Made by a program: the position numbers and the translations under genes. Below, one piece after another: positions 13,847 to 25,925 of a stretch of 35,498 nucleotides of DNA. How positions within the stretch are numbered: position 1 is the first letter of the stretch; the number at the start of each line of letters is the position of its first letter. The notes below the pieces were generated by a model. It searched no databases. It was not told the origin of the DNA and was given only the letters and a program-made list of their open reading frames with translations. Origin of the DNA: Gemmatimonadales bacterium (GTDB taxonomy: Bacteria; Gemmatimonadota; Gemmatimonadetes; Gemmatimonadales; GWC2-71-9); assembly GCA_035688895.1 (NCBI GenBank), contig DASSML010000079.1, positions 1 to 35,498 on the forward strand, read 5' to 3'.

Positions 13847-16800
13847 TCCCCATTCCTGGGTTGAGGTCCGGCCCCGTTCCGGCCGTCCGGATGTCGTTGC
13901 ACTCCCACCACCACGCCCTGTCCGTCGATGTCCACCTGTTGCTCCAGGTCGGGCGCCGGAGCCCGGGAGCCGATGGTGAGGCTCCGCGCCAGCGTCTCGC
14001 CCTGGATGAAGTCGGCATGAACCCGGACCGCTTCGGCCACCGCGCCCGCGCCCTCGATCCACAGGGCGATCCGGTCGGTATAGACGTACCCCGCTTCCTT
14101 CCGCAGCCGCTGCACCCGATTGACCACCTCCCGGGCCACCCCCTCGTGCCGAAGGGGCTCGGTGAGTGCCGGATCGAGCGCCGCGACGAAGGGGCCGTCG
14201 CTGCCCACCAGCCAGTCGCTGGCCACTTCCCGCTCGACCACGACGTCCTCCGGCAGGTAGCTCACCCGCTCGCCCTCGAGGTCGAGCTCGGCCGGACGGC
14301 CCTGCTCCAGCTCGCGCAGCTGGTCCGCCGCGAGGCGCCCCGCCGCGGCCGCCACGGCGGGCGTGCGCTTGCCGTAGCGCTTGCCGAGGCTGCGGAAGTT
14401 GGCCTTGGCGCGGAGCCGGACCAGATCGGTGTCCGACGCGACCACGTCGACGGCCTTCACGTTCACCTCCTGGCGCAGCAGCTCCAGCAAGGCATCGAAT
14501 CCGCTGCCGCGCGCCGCCGGCGGCACCGCGACCTGCATCCGGGCTAGCGGCTGCCGGGCCCCGATCCGGGCCTGCTGCCGCGCGTGGTGCGCCAGGGAGG
14601 CGAGCCGGCGCACGGCGTCCATGCCGGCCTCCAGCTCGGGGAGGCGGCGGCCGAGAGTCTCGGGAAACCGGGCGAGGTGCACCGAAGTTCCCGCCAGGGC
14701 ACGGTGCAGCCAATCGGCGGTGAACGGCGCCGCCGGCGCAAGCAGCCGCGCCACGGTGGTGAGGGCCTCTTGCAGCGTTGCCACCGCGGAGGGGTCGGCC
14801 GCGGCGTCGGGGGCCCAGAACCGCGAGCGGCTCAGTCGCACGTACCAGCGCGAGAGGTCCTGCACCACGAAGTCCATGATGGCCCGGACCCCGGCAGTGG
14901 GATCGTACCCGCCCCACGCCTCGTGGACCGCCTCGACGGTGGCGTCGAGCCGCGCCAGGATCCAGCGGTCGAGCAGCGGGCGCGCCGCGGCCGGTGGCGC
15001 GCCCTGCCCCGCGTCCGGCGCGTAGAGCTGGAAGAACTCGTAGGTGCTGCGAAGCGCGTTGAGGAACTTCCCCGCCACCTCGGGAATCGCGTTCTGGTCG
15101 AACCGCTTCGGCAGCCACACCTGGCTCGAGGCCAGGAGGTAAAGCCGCACCGTGTCGGCCCCGAATTCCTGGATCATGTCCCAGGGGCTCACCACGTTCC
15201 CGCGGCTCTTCGACATCTTTTGCCCGTCGGCATCGAGCACCAGCTCGTTGACGACCACATTGCGATAGGCCGGCGCGTCGAAGGCGGTGACTGCGATGGC
15301 CAGGAGCGAGTAGAACCAGCCGCGGGTCTGATCCACGCCCTCGCAGATGAAGTCGGCCGGGAAGTGGGCCCGGAACTCGGCCTCATGCTCGAACGGGTAG
15401 TGCCACTGGGCGTACGGCATGGCCCCGGAGTCGAACCAGGTGTCGATCACCTCGGCCGTCCGTCGCCGGGTGCCGCCGCAGTCACAGGGCCAGGTGTACC
15501 CGTCGATGAACGGCTTGTGGGGATCGAAGTCGGCCGGTAGCGGCTTGCCCCAGCGCTCGGCGAGCCGCGCATAGCTGCCGACCACCTCGACGTGGGAAGG
15601 GTCGTGGTCGCAAACCCAGACCGGCAGCGGCGTCCCCCAGTAGCGGTCGCGGCTCAGGGCCCAGTCCACGTTGTTCTCCAGCCACTCCCCGAATCGGCCC
15701 GCGCCCACCTCGGGCGGGTTCCAGTTCACCTGCCGATTCAGCTCCAGCATCCGCTCCTTGACCGCGGACGTGCGCACGAACCAGCTGTCGCGCGCGTAGT
15801 AGATCAGCGGACTGGAGCAGCGCCAGCAGTGGGGGTAGGTGTGGGTGTGCGGCTGGGTCAGGTGCCAGCGACCCTCCTGCTTGAGCCGCTGGATGATCAG
15901 GTCGTTGGTCTCCTTGGCGGTGACCAGCCGGCCTTCGATCTCGGGCCACCCGGTCCCGACGAAGGTGCCGTCGGCGGCGACCGGACGGACCAGCGCCAGC
16001 CGGTGCTCGATGCCGGCCTGATAGTCGTCGGCCCCGAAGGCCGGCGCCATGTGCACCAACCCGCTGCCGTCCTCGGCGGACACGAACGCACCCGGGACCA
16101 CGACGCGGGAGGCGCGGTCGTCCGGCAACGCCACCAGCTCCAACGGCCGATGGTACCGAAGCCCGACCAGCTCGCGGCCCTTGAAAGTGCGCTCCGCCCC
16201 GAGCTCGGCGAAGCTGGGCGCGCCCTTCTCCGGCCCGCTCGGCAGCCCCGCCCGAGAGGTGGCGAGGATGACTCGGCGGTCGCCGACCCGGTACTCGCCG
16301 TATTCCAGATCGGGATGCACCGCCACGGCCACGTTGGAGAGCAGGGTCCACGGCGTGGTGGTCCAGACCAGGAGCTGGCGCGAGGGATCGTCGGCCAGCG
16401 GGAAGGTCAGGTAGATGGAGTTGGTGGTGACCTCTTCGTACCCCAGCGCCAGCTCGTGGCTCGACAGCACGGTGCCGCAGCGGGGGCAGTACGGCAGCAC
16501 GCGGTGACCGCGCGACAACAGGTCCCGCTGGTGCAGCCGGTCGAGCAGCCACCAGACCGACTCGATGTAGTCGTTGCTGCAGGTGATGTAGGGATGCTCG
16601 TAGTCGAGCCAGTACGCGATCCGGTCGGAGAGCTGCTCCCACTCCGACTGATAGCGGAACACGCTCTGCCGCGCGCGGGCGTTGAACTCGGCCACGCCGT
16701 ACGACTCGATCGCCTTCTTCCCGTTGAGCTGCAGCTCCTTCTCGACCTCGATCTCGACCGGCAGGCCGTGGGTGTCCCATCCGGCGATGCGAGTCACCTC

Positions 16801-17031
16801 CTGGCCCTGCATCGCGTGGTAGCGGCAGACCAGGTCCTTGATGGTCCGGGCGAAGACGTGGTGGATCCCCGGCCGCCCGTTGGCGGTGGGCGGCCCCTCG
16901 TAGAAGACGAAGGGCGTGCCGCCGCGGTTGGCCTCCAGCGTGCGCCGGAACAGATCCTCTTCCTTCCAGAGCGCGAGCTGCCGCTGCTCCAGCTGGTCGG
17001 GACTGAGATCGGGCCAGGCCGGGTAGCGCAT
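13843..17031 (-). CDS. ileS: Isoleucyl-tRNA synthetase
   Basis: The ATG at 17031 (MRYPAWPDLSPDQLEQRQLALWKEEDLF) lies inside track ORF 13843..17145. The HIGH-type motif is PPTANGRPGIHHVFAR and the KMSKS motif is GQKMSKSRGN. About 1062 aa. The upstream 38 codons of the track ORF overlap the punA 3' end. Confidence 0.95.
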   Translation of the reverse strand: MRYPAWPDLSPDQLEQRQLALWKEEDLFRRTLEANRGGTPFVFYEGPPTANGRPGIHHVFARTIKDLVCRYHAMQGQEVTRIAGWDTHGLPVEIEVEKELQLNGKKAIESYGVAEFNARARQSVFRYQSEWEQLSDRIAYWLDYEHPYITCSNDYIESVWWLLDRLHQRDLLSRGHRVLPYCPRCGTVLSSHELALGYEEVTTNSIYLTFPLADDPSRQLLVWTTTPWTLLSNVAVAVHPDLEYGEYRVGDRRVILATSRAGLPSGPEKGAPSFAELGAERTFKGRELVGLRYHRPLELVALPDDRASRVVVPGAFVSAEDGSGLVHMAPAFGADDYQAGIEHRLALVRPVAADGTFVGTGWPEIEGRLVTAKETNDLIIQRLKQEGRWHLTQPHTHTYPHCWRCSSPLIYYARDSWFVRTSAVKERMLELNRQVNWNPPEVGAGRFGEWLENNVDWALSRDRYWGTPLPVWVCDHDPSHVEVVGSYARLAERWGKPLPADFDPHKPFIDGYTWPCDCGGTRRRTAEVIDTWFDSGAMPYAQWHYPFEHEAEFRAHFPADFICEGVDQTRGWFYSLLAIAVTAFDAPAYRNVVVNELVLDADGQKMSKSRGNVVSPWDMIQEFGADTVRLYLLASSQVWLPKRFDQNAIPEVAGKFLNALRSTYEFFQLYAPDAGQGAPPAAARPLLDRWILARLDATVEAVHEAWGGYDPTAGVRAIMDFVVQDLSRWYVRLSRSRFWAPDAAADPSAVATLQEALTTVARLLAPAAPFTADWLHRALAGTSVHLARFPETLGRRLPELEAGMDAVRRLASLAHHARQQARIGARQPLARMQVAVPPAARGSGFDALLELLRQEVNVKAVDVVASDTDLVRLRAKANFRSLGKRYGKRTPAVAAAAGRLAADQLRELEQGRPAELDLEGERVSYLPEDVVVEREVASDWLVGSDGPFVAALDPALTEPLRHEGVAREVVNRVQRLRKEAGYVYTDRIALWIEGAGAVAEAVRVHADFIQGETLARSLTIGSRAPAPDLEQQVDIDGQGVVVGVQRHPDGRNGAGPQPRNGE

Positions 17032-17864
17032 CAGGCCAGTCGCTCCACTACGGTCGCCAGCAGCTGCGTCAGACGGGGCTCGGCCTCCGCCGCGGTCGCG
17101 ATGATGCGCCCGATGTCGGCCGGCTCCAGCGCGTCGGGCAGGCACTGGTCGGTGACGATCGAGATTCCCAGCACCCGCATCCCCTGGTGCACCGCGACGA
17201 TCACCTCGGGCACGGTGGACATGCCGACCACATCCGCCCCGATGCCGCGGAGCATCCGGTACTCGGACCGGGTCTCCAGGTTGGGGCCCGGCACCGCGAC
17301 GTAGACCCCTTCCCGGAGCGTGATGCCCTGCTCCAGCGCGACCTCCCGCGCGAGTGCGCGCAGACCCCGGTCATATGGCTCCGACATGTCGGGAAACCGC
17401 GGCCCCAGCCGGTCGTCGTTGGGGCCGACGAGCGGGTTGTCGCCGAGGAGGTTGATGTGGTCGCTCAGCAGCACCAGGTCGCCCGGGTGCCAGAGCGGGT
17501 GCATCCCGCCGCAGGCGTTGCTTACCGCGAGGACCCGGGCGCCGAGCGCGGCGAGCACGCGAACCGGAAAGGTGACCTGCTGGAGATCGTAGCCCTCGTA
17601 TCGGTGGAACCGGCCCTGCATGGCGACGACCGGACGACCCCGCAACCGGCCGAGCAACAGCCGGCCGGCATGCGACTCGACTGTCGAGAGCGGAAAGCCC
17701 GGCAGGTCGCCATAGGGGATCTCGGCCTCGACGGTGATCTCCCGGGCCAGTCCCCCGAGCCCCGTGCCCAGGATGATGCCGACCTCCGGTCGCAGCGTGG
17801 TGCGCTCGCGAACCACGCACGCGGCCGCATCGATCCGCTCCGACAGGTCGGTGACCAGACTCAT
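17031..17864 (-). CDS. punA: Purine nucleoside phosphorylase (trimeric PNP-I type)
   Basis: The ATG at 17864 (MSLVTDLSERIDAA) lies inside track ORF 17031..18518. Motifs are GIILGTGLGG, GRFHRYEGY, VSNACGG and VGMSTVPEVIVA. It has an ATGA overlap with the divIVA stop and a TGATG overlap with the ileS start. Confidence 0.9.
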   Translation of the reverse strand: MSLVTDLSERIDAAACVVRERTTLRPEVGIILGTGLGGLAREITVEAEIPYGDLPGFPLSTVESHAGRLLLGRLRGRPVVAMQGRFHRYEGYDLQQVTFPVRVLAALGARVLAVSNACGGMHPLWHPGDLVLLSDHINLLGDNPLVGPNDDRLGPRFPDMSEPYDRGLRALAREVALEQGITLREGVYVAVPGPNLETRSEYRMLRGIGADVVGMSTVPEVIVAVHQGMRVLGISIVTDQCLPDALEPADIGRIIATAAEAEPRLTQLLATVVERLA

Positions 17865-18376
17865 TCGCGGCTCCGCGCCAGGTCCTCGGCCTGCAGCTCG
17901 ACGATGGTCCGGTTGTGGCCCTCCAGCACCTCGAGCTCCGCCAGCTGGCGCTGCAGCAGTCCTCGGAACCCCGCGAGATAGGCGGTGAACTGCCGGGCCG
18001 CGGCGTCGGCACGCTCGCGGATGGAGACCTCGTCCTGATAGGCCTGCTGTACGATGCGGTGGGCCTCCGCGCTGGCTTCCTTGAGCACCAGCTCGGCCTC
18101 CCGTTCCGCCTGCTCCCGGCTGTCGGCGCGGAGCTGCTGTGCCGCCACCAGGGCCTCGTTCATCGCCCGCTCCCGCTCGCGATAGCCGCGCAGCTGCTCC
18201 TGCGCGCTCTTGAGCCGCTCGTCGGCCTGCATCCGGTCGCGCACCAGCCGCTCCAGCTCCTCGGCGAGGTGGAGCTTGAACTGATCCACCTGGGCACGGT
18301 CGTACCCCCGCACCGCCCGCACGAACTCCTGGGTGCGCACATCGAGCGGGGTGAGGCGGAAGCTCTCGTCGCTCAC
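17861..18376 (-). CDS. divIVA: DivIVA-domain coiled-coil protein
   Basis: A 171-aa ORF with a GTG start. The N-terminus LTPLDVRTQEFVRAVRGYDRAQVDQF is the DivIVA lipid-binding signature. The remainder is Glu/Arg/Ala-rich coiled coil. Confidence 0.88.
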   Translation of the reverse strand: MSDESFRLTPLDVRTQEFVRAVRGYDRAQVDQFKLHLAEELERLVRDRMQADERLKSAQEQLRGYRERERAMNEALVAAQQLRADSREQAEREAELVLKEASAEAHRIVQQAYQDEVSIRERADAAARQFTAYLAGFRGLLQRQLAELEVLEGHNRTIVELQAEDLARSRE

Positions 18377-19062
18377 CGCGCGCGCTCGCCGAACAGGATC
18401 GTCCCCAGTCGAACCATCGTCGCACCTTCCTCGACCGCGGTGGTGTAGTCGCCCGACATCCCCATCGACAGCTCGGGGAGCCGGTACCCGGCGCGCTCGC
18501 CTTCGTCGCGCAGCTCACGCAGGCGGCGGAATGCCCGCCGCTGCTCCGCGCTGTCTTCGGTGAGCGCGCTCATCGTCATGAGGCCGGTGACCTCGAGGTG
18601 CCCGAGCTGCGCCAGCTCCGCCAGCAGCGGGACCAAGCCCGTCGGCTCTACCCCGCCCTTCTGCGGCTCGTCCGAACAATTGACCTGCACCAGCACTCGC
18701 TGCCGGCCGGGGCCCGATCCGGACCGGCGGTCGAGCTCGGTGGCCAGGTCGGGCCGGTCCACCGAGTGAATCAGGGCGAATCGCCCCACCGCCTGGCGAG
18801 CCTTGTTCCGCTGGAGGGTTCCGATCAGATGCCAGGTGACCGGCACGGACCCGACCGCCTCCTGCTTGGCCAACGCCTCCTGCACCCGGTTCTCGCCCAC
18901 GTCCTCGAGACCCGCGGCCGCGGCGGCCCGGACCGCCTCGGGGCCGTGCCCCTTGGTGACCGCGACCACGCGCACCGGATGGGACCATCCGCCGACCTGC
19001 TGGTGGCGGGCGACCGCTTCACGTACCTGGGCCAGCCGGGACGGCAGGTCCGGGAATTCCAT
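18373..19062 (-). CDS. yggS: YggS/YlmE-family pyridoxal-phosphate homeostasis protein
   Basis: The ATG at 19062 (MEFPDLPSRLAQVRE) lies inside track ORF 18373..19869. The PLP lysine context is VRVVAVTKGHG. ENRVQE, WHLIGTLQRNK and LSMGMSGDY are also present. Confidence 0.9.
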   Translation of the reverse strand: MEFPDLPSRLAQVREAVARHQQVGGWSHPVRVVAVTKGHGPEAVRAAAAAGLEDVGENRVQEALAKQEAVGSVPVTWHLIGTLQRNKARQAVGRFALIHSVDRPDLATELDRRSGSGPGRQRVLVQVNCSDEPQKGGVEPTGLVPLLAELAQLGHLEVTGLMTMSALTEDSAEQRRAFRRLRELRDEGERAGYRLPELSMGMSGDYTTAVEEGATMVRLGTILFGERAR

Positions 19063-19109
19063 AGCCTTGAAATTTATGCTGATAGGGGCTCGGGAAGTAG
19101 TCTTTGAGC
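19063..19109 (-). promoter_or_regulatory. 47-bp intergenic gap upstream of yggS; possible weak promoter/RBS
   Basis: This is the only real gap in the 27-kb same-strand gene run. The minus strand reads GCTCAAAGACTACTTCCCGAGCCCCTATCAGCATAAATTTCAAGGCT followed by ATG. It contains an AT-rich CATAAATTT and an AAGG just before the ATG. I see no convincing -35 element. Confidence 0.2.
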
Positions 19110-21395
19110 CTATTCGCTGGGTCGGTACAGCAGATCGAGCAGGGCCGCCCGGAGGTCGGGGTTGGGGGAGAGCGCTTCGGCGTAGCGGAGTGCCCGCTCC
19201 ATCGCCTTGCGGTCGTTGCGGCCCTGGTAGGCGTACACCAGCTGGACCGGCGGCAGGGCCAGGCTGCCCGCCACGCTCCGGGCGGTGGGCTCCAGGCCGA
19301 GCGCGCCGGCGTCGAGCAGGTTGGCGTAACGATAGGTGTCGAACACCAGGCGCTCGGTGACCGGGACGTCCAGTGGGGCCGACGCCAGACGCCGGAAATC
19401 GAGCCGCGCGTCGGCGGAGTCGGGGCGGCTCGTGCGCAGGGAGAAGCCGAGCCCGGCCTGGACCACATAGTCGCCCAGGCCGGCGTAGCCCCGGCCGGTG
19501 GTGATCGACCAGGTGATCGGCCGCCGCCCCACATTGTGCTGGACGATGCTGAGCGAGACGATCTCGCTGGGATAGAGGAAGGCCCCGCGGTCGAGGGTGC
19601 GCTCGACCGGTCCCAGCGCGATCCGCTGGGTGTCCGGGACGACGTACCCGTTCATGGCGCCCTCGATCATGCTGTCCGTCAGGCTGTGCAGCGGCCAGTC
19701 GGGCCGAGGGCGCACGGCCAGACTGTCGCGCCAGACCGCGGGCAGGGCCGTCCGGTCCACCTCCCTGGTGGGCTGTTCGCGCAGCTGGCGCATGTACCAG
19801 TCGGTATTCGCCAGGGCGAGGCAGACCACGGTCACGTCCTGGCGGATCCCCTGGACTTCCTGGGCCCACCAGAGCGGAAAGGTGTCGTTGTCGCCGTAGG
19901 TGAACAGCACGCCGTACGGCGGCACGCTGTTGAGCAGGTCGTAGGCGAAGTCGGCGGCGAGCCGCGCGTCGGGACCCTGTCTCCGACCGGCAGCGGTCCA
20001 GTTAAGCCCGAGCGGCACCAGGACCAGCAGGAGCACGGCCGGCTGCCACCTGCGCAGCGATGGCCGCCGGAGGCTCCCGGCCAATCCCGCGGCGCCGATC
20101 CCCGACCAGAGACCCCAGACGATGAAGCTCACCACGAAGAAGTAGTCCCGCTCGCGCACCTCGTGATCGTCGGGCTTGGGCCACAGGTGGTAGGCCAGGC
20201 TGTAGCCCGGCCGGAAATTCATGTAGACCACCAGCCCGAGCCCGGTCACCAGGAAGAGCCCGAGCAGCAGCCAGGCGGCCGCACGATCGGTGCGCCACTG
20301 GGTCCGAAGACCGCGGAGACCCAGCCCGGCGAACACGACCGTGGCGACGGTCCGCACTCCGTCCGCGAGCGAGCGGGCCCACTGCCAGTCGAAGTACTGG
20401 AAGTAGTTCAGCAGCTGCCACCCGAGGAGACTCAGGGTCCGGCCGGGATTGCCGGGGCCGTGCGGCACCGTGGGGTCGTCGAGGGGTGTCCGGGGCGGGT
20501 ATTGCGCCCGGCGGATCACGGCGAGCAGGGCATCGAAGGTGTCCGGTGCGGCCTCGTTGATGATCGGGTGCTGGGCGGCCCGCAGGTACATGAAGAGGTA
20601 CGGAGTGACCCCCACCGCGGCGATCAGGAGTGCGACCAGGGCAAACCCGCCCGCCCCGCCCATCGCGCCGTACACCGCCGCAGCCACGAAGCAGACGCCG
20701 CCCAGGGCGATGAGCTCCGTGCTCCCCAGTCCGGTGCCGATGAGGAGAGCCCAGACACCGGCCACGACCGCCACCTGGCTCCACTCGAGACGACGGCGCC
20801 ACGGCTCGGGCGCGGGATCCCGCAGCAGGGTGACGACCAGGAACGCGAGGACACCCGGACCCGCCAGCAGCGCCAGCAGGTGGTTGCCGATGCTGGCCCC
20901 GGCCAGGTAAACGATCAGGAGCAGCACCCGACCGGCGCGGTCCTCCGACCGGCGCCGGCGCCAGACCAGCGCGAGCCAGGAGACCGCCGCGATGGTGAAC
21001 GTCGCCACCGCATACACCTCGGTCTCGTTCGAGTTCTGCCAGTTGGTGAAGGTGAAGGCGCCGATCAGCGCCGCGAGCGCCGCGGCGGCGAGCCGCCCCG
21101 ATGGGCCGGCCGACTGCTCCTCCTGTGGCGGGAGCGACTCGTGCACCACGAGAAAGAACAGGGCGGCCCCGGCGGCGCTGAAGATGGCGCTCAGCAGGTT
21201 GGTCCGAACCGCGTACTCGCCCAGCGGCACGAGCATCGCCCAGACGTGCGCGATCAGGACGAACAGCGGCGTCCCAGGCGGGTGGGGAATGCCCAGCGTC
21301 CGGGTGGCCGCGATGAACTCGCCGGCATCCCAGAAGGTGACGGTCGGCGCGAGCGTGACCGCATAGACCGTGAGGACCGCGGCGAACACCGCCAC
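19110..21395 (-). CDS. DUF2723 (TMEM260-like) polytopic membrane protein, putative glycosyltransferase-C fold
   Basis: Part of track ORF 19110..21665. The sequence is ...AVFAAVLTVYAVTLAPTVTFWDAGEFIAATRTLGIPHPPGTPLF..., followed by at least 10 hydrophobic segments and a soluble C-terminal region. The start is uncertain. The GTG at 21395 is the first plausible start downstream of the cdaA stop; the more upstream track start overlaps cdaA with a low-complexity translation. Confidence 0.75.
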   Translation of the reverse strand: MAVFAAVLTVYAVTLAPTVTFWDAGEFIAATRTLGIPHPPGTPLFVLIAHVWAMLVPLGEYAVRTNLLSAIFSAAGAALFFLVVHESLPPQEEQSAGPSGRLAAAALAALIGAFTFTNWQNSNETEVYAVATFTIAAVSWLALVWRRRRSEDRAGRVLLLIVYLAGASIGNHLLALLAGPGVLAFLVVTLLRDPAPEPWRRRLEWSQVAVVAGVWALLIGTGLGSTELIALGGVCFVAAAVYGAMGGAGGFALVALLIAAVGVTPYLFMYLRAAQHPIINEAAPDTFDALLAVIRRAQYPPRTPLDDPTVPHGPGNPGRTLSLLGWQLLNYFQYFDWQWARSLADGVRTVATVVFAGLGLRGLRTQWRTDRAAAWLLLGLFLVTGLGLVVYMNFRPGYSLAYHLWPKPDDHEVRERDYFFVVSFIVWGLWSGIGAAGLAGSLRRPSLRRWQPAVLLLVLVPLGLNWTAAGRRQGPDARLAADFAYDLLNSVPPYGVLFTYGDNDTFPLWWAQEVQGIRQDVTVVCLALANTDWYMRQLREQPTREVDRTALPAVWRDSLAVRPRPDWPLHSLTDSMIEGAMNGYVVPDTQRIALGPVERTLDRGAFLYPSEIVSLSIVQHNVGRRPITWSITTGRGYAGLGDYVVQAGLGFSLRTSRPDSADARLDFRRLASAPLDVPVTERLVFDTYRYANLLDAGALGLEPTARSVAGSLALPPVQLVYAYQGRNDRKAMERALRYAEALSPNPDLRAALLDLLYRPSE

Positions 21396-21424
21396 AGCAG
21401 CCCGATACGGCGGCGAACCGGACT

Positions 21425-22216
21425 TCAGATCGCCACCTGCGCGACCACGGGAGCCCCGCCGAGGGGCTCGCCGAGCAGCTTCCGGACCTGCTCCGGGGTC
21501 AGGTTGCGCTCCAGCCGGCCACGCCGAGCCGCCGAGACCGTGGCGGTCTCCTCCGAGACCACGAGCACCAGCGCTTCGGTTTCCTCGGACAGCCCCAGCG
21601 CCGCCCGATGGCGGGTGCCCAGGCTCCGGTCCAGGCGGTTGGACTGGCTGAGCGGCAGGATGCACCCGGCGGCTACGATCTGGTCTCCCCGCACCACCAC
21701 GGCCCCGTCGTGCAGGGGAGACGTGGGCGTGAAGATGGCCGCGAGCAGGTCGGCCGACACGGTCGCGTGGAGCGCCTTGCCCGACTCGAGGTACTCGTCC
21801 AGCCGGGCCCCCTGCTCGACCGCCACGATCGCACCCACGCGAGCCGCGCTCAGCCGAGCCAGCGCCTCGGCGATCTCCCCCGCCACCACCGAGCTTCCCG
21901 GGACCGCGAACCAGCGGAACAGCCGGGTCTGCCCCAAGCGGGCCAGTGCCTGGCGGAGCTCGGGCTGGAATACCACCAATGCCGCGAAGGGAGCGTAGGT
22001 GAACCCGATGCCGAGGAGATAGGGAATCATGGTCAGCTTGAGCAGCAGCGCGGCGATGTAGATGCCGACGAGCGCCAGCAGGCCGAAGACGATCTGGAGC
22101 GCGCGGGTGCCGACGAGGAAGCGAAGCACCCGGTAGAGCACCAGCGCCACGAGGACGATCTCGATCAGGTCCCGCCAGTGCGGGATCGGGACCGGCAGCT
22201 GTTCCAACGGCATCAT
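21425..22216 (-). CDS. cdaA: Diadenylate cyclase CdaA (membrane-anchored DAC domain)
   Basis: The ATG at 22216 (MMPLEQLPVPIPHWRDLIEIVLVALVLY) has an ATGA overlap with the folP stop. There are three N-terminal TM helices. The DAC motifs are SPLHDGAVVV and GTRHRAALGLSE. Confidence 0.9.
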   Translation of the reverse strand: MMPLEQLPVPIPHWRDLIEIVLVALVLYRVLRFLVGTRALQIVFGLLALVGIYIAALLLKLTMIPYLLGIGFTYAPFAALVVFQPELRQALARLGQTRLFRWFAVPGSSVVAGEIAEALARLSAARVGAIVAVEQGARLDEYLESGKALHATVSADLLAAIFTPTSPLHDGAVVVRGDQIVAAGCILPLSQSNRLDRSLGTRHRAALGLSEETEALVLVVSEETATVSAARRGRLERNLTPEQVRKLLGEPLGGAPVVAQVAI

Positions 22217-23381
22217 GCCGCTCCCACCGCGCGAGTCAGGGCCAAGGCCTCGCGCGCAGCCCCGACCGAGTGGACCCGGAAGATGCGCGCTCCTCGCTCC
22301 CAGGCGAGCGCGCATGCCACGGCGGTCGCCCGGTCGCGTTGGTCGAGCGGGGCGTCGGTCAGCGCGCCGAGGAACCGCTTGCGCGACGGTCCCACCAGCA
22401 CCGGCCGGCCGAGGGCTTCGAGCGCGGCCAGCTGGTCGAAGAGCTCGATATTCTGGTCCACCGTCTTGGAGAACCCGAGGCCGGGGTCGAGCACGATCCG
22501 CTCGGGAGCCACCCCGGCCGCGGCCGCACCGGCCAGGGCCGTCCGGAGCTCGGCCACGACCTCGGCGACGACGCCACCGGGATACGTCGCGTGCCGGTAG
22601 GACGCGAGGTCCAGGATGCTCCCTCGGGAATGCATCAGCGCCACCCCCGCCCCGGCAGCGGCGGCGACCGCCGCCATCGCGGGATCGAGCCGAAAGGCGG
22701 ACACGTCGTTCACGATCGCGGCACCGTGCTCGAGCGCGGCCCGGGCGACCTCCGACTTCACCGTGTCGACCGAGACCGCCAGGTCGGGATGCGCACGGAC
22801 CAACGCATCGACCACGGGCACCACCCGCGCCAGCTCCTCCTCCAGGGGCACGTCCGTCTCGCGGCCGGGCCGGGTGGACTCCCCGCCCACATCCACGATG
22901 GCGGCGCCTTCCGTCAGCAGCACCTCGGCCTGAGCCAGCGCGGCGTCGGGACCGGTGTACCGCCCCCCGTCGCTGAAACTGTCGGGAGTGACATTGAGGA
23001 TGCCCATGAGGACCGGATTGTCGAGCAGGATCGCTCCCCGGGCGGTGAGCCAGGGGCCCGGGGGGTCGGGCGGGAGTGCGAGACCGACCTGGACGGCGAC
23101 GTCGGCGAGCACGTCGGGCAGGGTCCAGGGGCGCGCGAAGGCGCTGAGACGGGATCGGCTGCCGGCGAGGAGAGCCCAGTCGTCGCCGGTGACGACCTCG
23201 AGACCAAGGGATCCGCCGACTCGGACCAGCGCCTCGAGGGCGTCCTGGTCCAGGCCGGTCAGGTGGAGGGCGAAGGGATGAATGCCCCCGGCGGCGTCAC
23301 CCGCGCGCCCGTCCGTCCACCCGTGCCCGCGAAGCGCGTCGCGCACGCCGCGGGTCGAGTGGAGCGAGACCGGCGTGACAT

Positions 23382-23385
<4 letters not shown>
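22213..23385 (-). CDS. folP: Dihydropteroate synthase with a ~120-aa N-terminal extension
   Basis: A 390-aa ORF whose GTG start overlaps the ftsH TGA (GTGA). The canonical core begins at MGILNVTPDSFSDGG (about aa 128) and includes DVGGESTRPG, VNDVSA and DPGLGFSKT. The preceding ~125 aa have no motif I recognise. Confidence 0.9.
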
Positions 23386-25370
<1,985 letters not shown>

Positions 25371-25925
25371 TTATTCCAAGTCCGCGATGAACGGGAGATG
25401 CCGATAATTCTCGGCGTGATCCAGGCCGTAGCCGACCAGGAACGCCGGCGGTGCCCGGAATCCGACGAACCGGAGCTCCGGACGCGGCTCGGGCGCAAGC
25501 TGCTTGTCGAGCAGGGCGCAGATAGCCAGGCTTTGCGGCCGCCGCGCGCCCAGCAGGGTCATCAGGCGCTGAAGCGTCTTGCCAGTATCAATAATATCCT
25601 CGACCAGCAGGATATGTTTGCCTTCCAGCCGGGTTTCCGGGTCGTACAGGAGCCGGACCCTCCCGCTCGACTCCTTGCCGTTGCCGTAGGAGCTCGCCAC
25701 CAGAAAGTCGATCTGGATGGGACGCTCGATCTTCCGGGCCAGGTCGCTGAGGAAGATGAAGCTCCCCTTGAGCAGGCCGAGCACCAGGAGCTCGCCGGTC
25801 GGATAGGCCTCGGTGATCTCGGCCCCGAGCGCCTCGACCCGGGCCGCGATGGTGGCCTCGTCGAAGATGATCGACTTCACCGGCTTGCCGCCGGTGCGCC
25901 GCAGCACCTCAGGCGTGCTCAGCAT
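25371..25925 (-). CDS. hpt: Hypoxanthine-guanine phosphoribosyltransferase
   Basis: The ATG at 25925 (MLSTPEVLRRTGGKPVKSIIFDEATI) lies inside track ORF 25371..26609. The PRPP loop is ILLVEDIIDTGKTL, and FVGYGLDHAENYRHLPFIADL is present. The TAA directly abuts the ftsH ATG. Confidence 0.93.
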   Translation of the reverse strand: MLSTPEVLRRTGGKPVKSIIFDEATIAARVEALGAEITEAYPTGELLVLGLLKGSFIFLSDLARKIERPIQIDFLVASSYGNGKESSGRVRLLYDPETRLEGKHILLVEDIIDTGKTLQRLMTLLGARRPQSLAICALLDKQLAPEPRPELRFVGFRAPPAFLVGYGLDHAENYRHLPFIADLE

